Source: Methanocaldococcus jannaschii DSM 2661 (lineage in GTDB: Archaea > AGJL01 > Methanococci > Methanococcales > Methanocaldococcaceae). From it: a DNA stretch of 32,000 nt. A program made the translations under genes and the position numbers. Positions 1 to 6,993 of this stretch are shown here, in pieces (positions within the stretch are counted from its first letter, which is position 1; every line of letters begins with the position of its first letter). The DNA lies in NCBI RefSeq assembly GCF_000091665.1, contig NC_000909.1, forward strand, positions 653,581-685,580, written 5' to 3'. The notes under the pieces are model-generated. The model saw only the letters and a program-made list of their open reading frames with translations. It ran no database searches and was not told the origin of the DNA.

Positions 1-254
1 TGCCCATAGGAATGAACTATCTTATCCTCACTCAGCTCTTCAGGCAATCCAATAATTGATATTGCCTTAAATGGACATCTCTTAACACATATTCCACAGC
101 CAGAACATAAAACTTCTGATATTACTGGCTTTCCTGTGTTTTCATCAATCTCTATTGTCTTTTCTCCCATTCTAACTCCTGGACAGTATTTCATACATTC
201 CATAGAACATTTCTTTGGCTGACATCTATCATAATCAATGATGGCCAATCTCAT
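1..254 (-). CDS. N-terminal part of ABCE1/RNase L inhibitor-like ATPase (truncated by window edge)
   Basis: Frame from ATG at 254 reads [74 protein letters not shown]..., the characteristic double 4Fe-4S N-terminus of ABCE1; missing from ORF track because it runs off the edge. Confidence 0.9.
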   Translation of the reverse strand, partial: MRLAIIDYDRCQPKKCSMECMKYCPGVRMGEKTIEIDENTGKPVISEVLCSGCGICVKRCPFKAISIIGLPEELSEDKIVHSYG

Positions 255-345
255 AAAATCACCTCCTAATAAATAAAAACCTAATTTCATTTTAAATTTT
301 TAAAATAAAAGAATAGAAAAGCTTTCTAAAGAAAAATAGATTAAT

Positions 346-1347
346 TTATTCTTCTCTTACTCTTTTAGCTACTTCTTCAGCCATTTCAAATGTATTTAAA
401 TTACCTCCTAAGTCAGGTGTTGTTAAACCTAAAGCTAAAACTTCCTCCAATGCTTTTTCAACTTTATCTGCAGCTTCATACTCTCCTAAGTATCTAAGCA
501 TTAAAACAGCACTTAATATTGTAGCTGTTGGATTAGCTATCTTTTTTCCAGCAATATCTGGAGCTGAACCATGAACCGGCTCAAATAATCCATGTTCATC
601 TCCTATATTCGCTGAAGGAGCTAAACCTAATCCCCCAACAGTTCCAGCAGCTCCATCTGATAAAATATCTCCAAATAAGTTGGAAGTAACTACAACATCA
701 AATACTTGCGGTTTTGTTATGATATACATATTCATTGCATCTATGTAATAATCTTCTGCTTTTATATCGTCATATTCCTCTGCAACTTTATAAAATATCT
801 TTTTAAATAACCCATCAGTTAATTTTAAGACATTTGCTTTGTGAGCACATGTAACCTTTCCTTCTTTGCCCATCTTCTTTCTTTCCCTTGCTAAGTTAAA
901 AGCAAATCTAAATATTCTCTCACATGCTTTTTCTGTTATAACTCTTGTAGCTATTGTAATTCCTTCATCAATCTCTGCCTCTATTCCTTTATAAAGCCCT
1001 TCAGTGTTTTCCCTAACTATAACGTAATCAATATCTGGCCTTAGGCACTTAACTCCTTTGTATGCTTTAACTGGTCTAATGTTTGCATAAGTATCCAATA
1101 TATGCCTCAATTTAACAATAACATCTGCCGCTGTTTCTCCAGCCGCTCCAAATAAAACAGCATCACAGTCTAAGGCAGTTTCAATTGTTTCTTCTGGTAA
1201 TGCCTTACCAGTTCTTTTATAAACCTCATCCCCTGCCTCAGCATAGACAAACTCAAATGGCAAACCAGTAGCTTCTAAAACTTGAATTGTTGCTGGAACA
1301 ACCTCTTTACCAATTCCATCTCCTTCTATAACACATATTTTATGCAT
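346..1347 (-). CDS. leuB: 3-isopropylmalate/3-methylmalate dehydrogenase family (isocitrate/isopropylmalate dehydrogenase fold)
   Basis: MHKICVIEGDGIGKEVVPATIQVLEATG, ENTEGLYKG, NLFGDILSDGAAGTVGGLGLAPSANIGD, FEPVHGSAPDIAGK motifs. True start probably the ATG at 1347 rather than the ORF-track start at 1359. Confidence 0.9.
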   Translation of the reverse strand: MHKICVIEGDGIGKEVVPATIQVLEATGLPFEFVYAEAGDEVYKRTGKALPEETIETALDCDAVLFGAAGETAADVIVKLRHILDTYANIRPVKAYKGVKCLRPDIDYVIVRENTEGLYKGIEAEIDEGITIATRVITEKACERIFRFAFNLARERKKMGKEGKVTCAHKANVLKLTDGLFKKIFYKVAEEYDDIKAEDYYIDAMNMYIITKPQVFDVVVTSNLFGDILSDGAAGTVGGLGLAPSANIGDEHGLFEPVHGSAPDIAGKKIANPTATILSAVLMLRYLGEYEAADKVEKALEEVLALGLTTPDLGGNLNTFEMAEEVAKRVREE

Positions 1348-1541
1348 ACTTATCACCAAAAAGATTAATTATAGCAATATTAATAAAAATACTTTCACAT
1401 AAAAATGTTTTGTTGGTGACTTAAACCATATCAAAAATGATTAAAATACTCAACAAAAAACAACACAAAATATAAATACTTATAATGCATTACTTCCCTT
1501 AAAAGTTTTATTTTTAATTTTAAAATCATTTTGGTGATTAA

Positions 1542-2738
1542 ATGAGCCAAGAGAATTGGATAGATTTAGAGAAAAAATACCATCTCCAAATCTACGGAAG
1601 ATTACCAGTTGTTTTAGTTGAAGGTAAAGGAATGGAAGTTTATGATATTGATGGAAAGAAATATCTTGATTTCTTAGCTGGAATTGGAGTTAATAATGTA
1701 GGGCATTGTCATCCAAAGGTTGTTGAAGCAATAAAAAAACAGGCTGAAACTTTAATCCATACCTCCAACATATATTACACAATCCCTCAAATAAAATTAG
1801 CTAAAAAGTTAGTTGAGCTAAGTGGTTTGGATAGAGCATTTTTCTGCAACAGTGGAGCTGAAGCTAACGAAGGAGCTATAAAGTTTGCAAGGAAGTATGT
1901 ATCAAAAGTATTAGGAAGAGAAGGAGGAGAAATAATCAGCATGTATAACGCATTTCATGGTAGAACTTTAACAACACTGGCAGCAACACCAAAACCAAAG
2001 TATCAGGATGGGTTTTATCCTCTACCTCCTGGATTTAAGTATGTTCCATTCAACGATATAGAGGCGTTAAAGGAGGCTATAACAGACAAAACCGCTGCTA
2101 TAATGATTGAGCCTGTTCAGGGAGAAGGAGGAATTCATGTAGCTGATAAAGATTATTTAAAGGCCGTTAGGGATTTATGTGATGATAAAAATATCGTCTT
2201 AATCTTTGATGAAGTGCAGTGTGGAATGGGGAGAACTGGAAGGATGTTTGCCTTTGAGCATTATGGTGTTGAGCCAGATATTTTAACATTGGCAAAAGCC
2301 CTTGGAGGGGGGGTCCCAATAGGAGCTGTTGTTTTAAAGGAAGAGATTGCAAAGGCATTGAGTTATGGAGACCATGGAACAACGTTTGGAGGAAATCCAT
2401 TGGCTTGCTCTGCCGCTTTGGCGTCAGTTGAAGTTATAGAGGAATTGATTAAAGATGATAAAGTTATAGAGAAAGGTAAATATTTCATTCGAAAACTCGA
2501 AAACCTTATAGAGAAATACAACTTCATAAAAGAGGTTAGGGGATTAGGATTAATGATTGGAGCAGAGCTTGAATTTAATGGAGCTGATATTGTTAAGAAA
2601 ATGCTTGAGAAAGGATTTTTAATCAACTGTACTTCTGACACAGTTTTAAGATTTTTACCTCCATTAATTGTAGAGAAAGAGCATATAGATGCTTTAATTA
2701 ATGCATTGGATGAAGTATTTACTGAGATAAAAAAATAA
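1542..2738 (+). CDS. argD: Acetylornithine aminotransferase (class III PLP aminotransferase)
   Basis: FFCNSGAEANEGAIKFARKY, IIMEPVQGEGG-like (IMIEPVQGEGGIHV), LIFDEVQCGMGRTGRMFAFEHYGVEPDILTLAKALGGGVPIGA. Confidence 0.93.
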   Translation: MSQENWIDLEKKYHLQIYGRLPVVLVEGKGMEVYDIDGKKYLDFLAGIGVNNVGHCHPKVVEAIKKQAETLIHTSNIYYTIPQIKLAKKLVELSGLDRAFFCNSGAEANEGAIKFARKYVSKVLGREGGEIISMYNAFHGRTLTTLAATPKPKYQDGFYPLPPGFKYVPFNDIEALKEAITDKTAAIMIEPVQGEGGIHVADKDYLKAVRDLCDDKNIVLIFDEVQCGMGRTGRMFAFEHYGVEPDILTLAKALGGGVPIGAVVLKEEIAKALSYGDHGTTFGGNPLACSAALASVEVIEELIKDDKVIEKGKYFIRKLENLIEKYNFIKEVRGLGLMIGAELEFNGADIVKKMLEKGFLINCTSDTVLRFLPPLIVEKEHIDALINALDEVFTEIKK

Positions 2739-2972
2739 TTACTTTTTATTTTTATTTTCATCTTTCTTTTTTGGTTTAACCACTTTAATTAATATTGCAT
2801 TTGTAGGGCATCTACCAGCACAAAACTTACAGTTGTGGCAGTATTCTACATCATAGGCATAGTATTTTCCGTTTTCATCTTTTGTCCATATTAACGGCCC
2901 TTTTGGACATACATCATAACATCTTCCACATCCAATGCATTTCTCCCTATCTACAATTATCTCAACCGCCAT
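2739..2972 (-). CDS. 2x[4Fe-4S] ferredoxin
   Basis: CIGCGRCYDVCPKGP and CHNCKFCAGRCPTNAI motifs. Confidence 0.9.
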   Translation of the reverse strand: MAVEIIVDREKCIGCGRCYDVCPKGPLIWTKDENGKYYAYDVEYCHNCKFCAGRCPTNAILIKVVKPKKKDENKNKK

Positions 2973-3012
2973 TTTCTTCCTCCAAAATTTTTATATATTT
3001 CAACTAAATACA

Positions 3013-3121
3013 TATAGTTCATTGCAAAATGATTAAAATTAAATATGAAAATTGAACGCCTTCTTATAGAAGGCGTTCATTATAATTCCTTTTTATACCT
3101 TATATTTTGCAATGAACTATA
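3013..3121. repeat. Concentric inverted repeats between divergent ferredoxin and ptr2 genes
   Basis: Outer arms TATAGTTCATTGCAAAAT (3013-3030) / ATTTTGCAATGAACTATA (3104-3121), 18/18 complementary; inner arms TGAACGCCTTC (3053-3063) / GAAGGCGTTCA (3069-3079), 11/11 complementary, centres within 1 nt of each other. Confidence 0.85.
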
Positions 3122-3152
3122 ATTGTTAGGTTATATTAATATTATTAATCAT

Positions 3153-3163
3153 CCGAAATTCGG
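3153..3163. promoter_or_regulatory. Palindromic putative regulator site in the ptr2 leader (possible autoregulation)
   Basis: CCGAA-A-TTCGG lies between a TATA-like GGTTATATTAAT (about 3129-3140) and the likely ATG at 3171. Confidence 0.5.
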
Positions 3164-3170
3164 TGATATT

Positions 3171-3593
3171 ATGGACGAAAAAGACCTAAAAATTATCGAA
3201 ATTCTTATGAGAGATGGAAGAAAATCATACACAGATATAGCAAGGGAGTTAGGAACAAGTGAAAGCTCCATAAGAAAGAGGGTCAAAAAATTGGAAGAGG
3301 AAGGAGTTATTAAGGGCTATACTGCAATAATAGATCCATCAAAGATTGGTTATAATGTCGTTGCCTTAACAGGATTTGATACAGAGCCTGATAAATTTTT
3401 AAATGTTGCAAAGGAACTCTGTAAGTTTCCAGAAGTTAAGAAGGTATTTACATCAACAGGAGACCACATGATTATGACAGAAATCTGGGCTAAAGATGGA
3501 AAAGAGTTCTCTGACTTAATATTTAACAAAATTGGAAAGATTGAAGGAATAAAAAAGATTTGCCCAGCAATTATTTTAGAGCAAATGAAATAA
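3171..3593 (+). CDS. ptr2: Lrp/AsnC-family transcriptional regulator Ptr2
   Basis: [62 protein letters not shown]: Lrp HTH plus RAM domain. Internal ATG at 3171 fits Lrp N-termini better than the ORF-track start at 3123. Confidence 0.88.
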
Positions 3594-3604
3594 ACTTATT
3601 GTTT

Positions 3605-4228
3605 TTATTTTAAAACTTTTCCTGTCCTTAAATACCAGATATACAAATCCAATTCAGAGAGTTTTAAATTAACCTCTTCTCCAATGTCTCTCAATATATT
3701 TTCAATCTCTAAGTATTTTCTCCTACTCAATGTCTTTGGAATCTCATCAATGTAGTTGTTTTCATAGAGTTCCCTCAATATATGCCTATCTATTATAGCA
3801 ACATCATCATAACCAACATTCCTCAAAAAGTGGCTCGCCTCTTTATATCCAATCCCCTTTATGTTTCTTACTAAAAACTCTCTTGCTACTTTCTCGTTTT
3901 CAAAACTCTCAACAATATCTTTAATGTTTTTAAATCTCCTTGCTAAAACAATATACTCTGCTCTCTTTCTATAGAATCTGTGACCTAAATTTTTTAATTT
4001 CTCTTCTAACTCTTCTCTTGGGAGTGTTAAAAACCCATCTCCTATTTCTTTCTGAATTCTTATTCCTCCTTCAGCTGTAAAATTAGCTGTTAAGATGCAA
4101 AAACACAGCTCTTTAAACCACTCCTCATTAGATTTATTTTTAAAAGATTTAAATTCCTGGATTCTTTTGTCAATAATATCTTTAATTTCTGAGTTTTTTA
4201 ATTCTTCAATCTTTTTAATTAGCATCAT
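3605..4228 (-). CDS. ogg: Ogg2-type 8-oxoguanine DNA glycosylase/AP lyase
   Basis: HhH-GPD features: GIGYKEASHFLRNVGYDDVAIIDRHILREL. Confidence 0.85.
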   Translation of the reverse strand: MMLIKKIEELKNSEIKDIIDKRIQEFKSFKNKSNEEWFKELCFCILTANFTAEGGIRIQKEIGDGFLTLPREELEEKLKNLGHRFYRKRAEYIVLARRFKNIKDIVESFENEKVAREFLVRNIKGIGYKEASHFLRNVGYDDVAIIDRHILRELYENNYIDEIPKTLSRRKYLEIENILRDIGEEVNLKLSELDLYIWYLRTGKVLK

Positions 4229-4323
4229 ATCACCACTAAAGTTATAAAAAACAGAAAAATTTTATTAAAAACTAAATTCATATCTCTTACGGTTAGATTT
4301 CAAAAATAAAAAAGCATTATATT

Positions 4324-5109
4324 TTAAAACAGAGCTGGACACACAGCAAAGTATGCAGAGCATTTGTTAATCTCTTCGTTTTTCTTCTTAATGTTTTCCA
4401 ATTTTTCAATTGCTTTAATATCAACTGTTTCTTTAACTTCAATTAATCCCTTCTCAGCCATCTCATTTATTATGTCCTCAACCATCTTGTTTCTAACAAT
4501 TACTGTGTTCCAGCCATCTTCACTTCCAACACTTCCAACTGATACATCTGCGTATTTAGCTGAGAAGTCAGTGCAAACCCTACATCCTAAGTTGCAGAGT
4601 TTTTCAATCTCTTTTATTGGAATTTCATAAACAACTTTTTCAGTTCCAGCAAAGCCTTTTTTCTTCAGTGTTTCAACGACAAATTTTCCTTTTGTAATGT
4701 TCATTTTAGCTACTTCATCAATATTAACTCCAAATCTCTCCTTTATAATGCTTTTTATTGTATCATAGTAGAAGTTTTTAGTGCAGAATAAACCAACCTT
4801 TAAAGTTAAATCAAACTGCAATCCTCCCAATATATGGCAAGGCAAACCAACCAATCCAACTTTATCATAGTTTTCTGTTGCATACTCCAACAACTTGTTG
4901 TTTGGTGATATTGAGTATTTGCTTTTTGTTGATTTTAGTAATTCAGTTGGTGTAGTAGCTAAGTAAGCTACTGGCTTCCAATTCTTATCTCCAACAACCA
5001 CTACTGCATCCAATATACCATTTTCTAAGCAGTAACTTAACAATGTTGTTGTAAATCCACCATCTTGGGCATCAATATTTAGTTTTGATTTTGCTGAAAG
5101 ATATTTCAT
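4324..5109 (-). CDS. FrhB-like (F420-reducing hydrogenase beta family) flavin/Fe-S subunit
   Basis: KYLSAKSKLNIDAQDGGFTTTLLSYCLENGILDAVVVVGD..., KYSISPNNKLLEYA, VGLVGLPCHILGGLQ, CNLGCRVCTDFSAKYADVSVGSVGSEDGWNTVIVR. Confidence 0.85.
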   Translation of the reverse strand: MKYLSAKSKLNIDAQDGGFTTTLLSYCLENGILDAVVVVGDKNWKPVAYLATTPTELLKSTKSKYSISPNNKLLEYATENYDKVGLVGLPCHILGGLQFDLTLKVGLFCTKNFYYDTIKSIIKERFGVNIDEVAKMNITKGKFVVETLKKKGFAGTEKVVYEIPIKEIEKLCNLGCRVCTDFSAKYADVSVGSVGSEDGWNTVIVRNKMVEDIINEMAEKGLIEVKETVDIKAIEKLENIKKKNEEINKCSAYFAVCPALF

Positions 5110-5155
5110 TATACATCACCTCAAACTTTTAAATTATGCAAAAATTAATTATAAA

Positions 5156-5328
5156 GCTTCTTTTACCCTTATACAGTTGAAGAAGCAAGTTCCTACACCA
5201 TAGGAGGATACCTCCTATTGGGATACCACGGATGCATTGCCTCGCTACGCTCGGCAATGCCTCTTAGAATTTTAAATTTACGGCAATAATGCTTCCTTTA
5301 CCCTTATACAGTTGAAGAAGCAAGTTCC
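5156..5328. repeat. 38-bp direct repeats flanking a 97-bp palindrome-rich segment
   Basis: Copies 5156-5193 and 5291-5328 (GCTTC[T/C]TTTACCCTTATACAGTTGAAGAAGCAAGTTCC) differ at one position. Between them: TAGGAGG-ATA-CCTCCTA (5201-5217) and GCATTGCC...GGCAATGC (5234-5260). Confidence 0.85.
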
Positions 5329-5928
5329 GCATTTAATACACTTGCTTATATTGACCTTTGGCTTTTCATCAATTGTTAAAGCGTTTGCTGGACACTTAGC
5401 AACGCATGTTCCACAACCAGTACAGAACTCATCATTTATTGGCTTATCATCACATCCTAAACATAACTCTTTATTTGAAGTTAATAAAACGTCATTAACT
5501 TTCATATAGGCATCAATAATTGGTTTTCCAGCAATAACTTCATAAGGTTTTAGTATTAAGTATGAATCAACGATTTCCTTGTCTTTTTCAATAACTGCCT
5601 TAACTATTCTTTCAACCTCTTCTTCATCTGGTGGGCAGCCAATTATTGCATAATCTACCTTAACAACATCTCCTATTCTAACAAATCTTTGTGGGAAGCC
5701 ATTCTCTAAACCAATAAGCATTCTTTGGAAACCCCCACTTACAGCACAGCTACCAACTGCTATCAATACTTTTGAGTTTTTTCTAATTTCCATTATTTTT
5801 TTAACTTCTTCCTCATCATCCAAATTAACAGCTCCTCCAACCAAAACAATGTCCTTTTCTTTTAATTGGTTATAATACTTCTTTTCAATGTTTTTGATAA
5901 TCTTACCACAAGAACCGCATCCGGTCAT
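5278..5928 (-). CDS. FrhG-like NiFe-hydrogenase small subunit homolog with C-terminal ferredoxin domains
   Basis: MTGCGSCG, VGSCAVSGG, IIGCPPDEEEVERIV (small-subunit cluster ligands) plus CTGCGTCVAKCP and CIKCGTCFFNC. Confidence 0.85.
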   Translation of the reverse strand: MTGCGSCGKIIKNIEKKYYNQLKEKDIVLVGGAVNLDDEEEVKKIMEIRKNSKVLIAVGSCAVSGGFQRMLIGLENGFPQRFVRIGDVVKVDYAIIGCPPDEEEVERIVKAVIEKDKEIVDSYLILKPYEVIAGKPIIDAYMKVNDVLLTSNKELCLGCDDKPINDEFCTGCGTCVAKCPANALTIDEKPKVNISKCIKCGTCFFNCIRVKEALLP

Positions 5929-5974
5929 AAAATCACCCTCAACCTTTTAGTAAAAGCTTGACCAAAACGTGTCC

Positions 5975-6004
5975 ATTAAGTTAGGGCTTTCAACCCTAAT
6001 TAAT
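5975..6004. repeat. Intergenic hairpin between the FrhG-like and FrhA-like genes
   Basis: ATTAA-g-TTAGGG-CTTTCAA-CCCTAA-TTAAT; flanked by short direct repeats GTCCATTA (5971-5978, 6005-6012). Confidence 0.5.
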
Positions 6005-6051
6005 GTCCATTAGTTCAAATTATCCCCTATTTTCGTAGTTATCTAATTAGC

Positions 6052-6948
6052 TTATAAATAGTAGCATCTTTCACAGAGCTGAATGATTCTTTTTGCTTCA
6101 TCATTATCTACACTATCCAAAACTGCTTTGTTGAAGTTCTCACTTGTTAATATTGTGTAATCCAAAATCTCTCTTCCAAGTAACTCAACTTTGTGATAAA
6201 CGATTCCCTCTCCTCCTTCTATAACAGCCTCCCCAATTGCCTTTCCATCTTTTATAATTGGCTCCATGTATGGGTGTGTTAATTTTAATTTGTTTAAGAG
6301 TTCTATAATTTTATTTAAGCAGAATTCTATCTCAATCATTCTTGAAGATAACACATCCCATAAGTTTTTTGAATTTATTAAGCCCTCCTTATACATTCTT
6401 GCCAAAGACCCACTATAAACTACCTTTCCATCATAAAGGGCTGTTTTTGGTAAGCCGTTTGTTTCCACTTTATTAGCATCAAAGTTATAAGCATCAATCA
6501 ACTCAACATCTGGCAATGGAATCTTTGCCTTTCTCTCATCAACTAACTTAACAAAATCTTTATCAACTAAGTTTAATCCCTCTTTTGCCAAATTAATTAA
6601 TTTTTCTTTTCTTTTATCACTTATATTTTCTAAAACTCCACCAACAGCCAAATATTTAGCCTTTTTTCCTAACACAGATTTTATTTTGTTTCCAATATCT
6701 GCTAAATCATCTGTATTTTTAAATTCTCTCAACTTAATTGCATCTACTTCAACAATCTCCCCCAATCTTGCAATCTCCCTCAAATACTGCCCTTCATTTG
6801 GAACTGTTATGTTATAAGCTTTCTCAACAGCCATAACTCCTGCTAAAGCATGGGAGATTTCATTTAAACAGCATAACCTTGTCATAGCTGGGGGAATAAA
6901 ATCTATATCTTTCCCCATCATTGAGCTTTCAAACCCTCTAATTTTCAT
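6052..6948 (-). CDS. FrhA-like NiFe-hydrogenase large-subunit homolog, short and lacking canonical metal-ligand set
   Basis: Large-subunit-like N-terminus, but RLCCLNEISHALAG where RxCGxCxxxH is expected, and C-terminus ends QLCERCYYL* where DPCxxCxxH is expected. Confidence 0.75.
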   Translation of the reverse strand: MKIRGFESSMMGKDIDFIPPAMTRLCCLNEISHALAGVMAVEKAYNITVPNEGQYLREIARLGEIVEVDAIKLREFKNTDDLADIGNKIKSVLGKKAKYLAVGGVLENISDKRKEKLINLAKEGLNLVDKDFVKLVDERKAKIPLPDVELIDAYNFDANKVETNGLPKTALYDGKVVYSGSLARMYKEGLINSKNLWDVLSSRMIEIEFCLNKIIELLNKLKLTHPYMEPIIKDGKAIGEAVIEGGEGIVYHKVELLGREILDYTILTSENFNKAVLDSVDNDEAKRIIQLCERCYYL

Positions 6949-6993
6949 AATTCCACCTTTTTAAAATGTTTTAAAAGTTTAAAAAGAATTTAA

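Noticed and set aside
2167-2761. Minus-strand ORFs 2167-2400 and 2363-2761 overlapping argD
   Set aside because: Antisense to a well-supported gene; low-complexity, no recognisable motifs.
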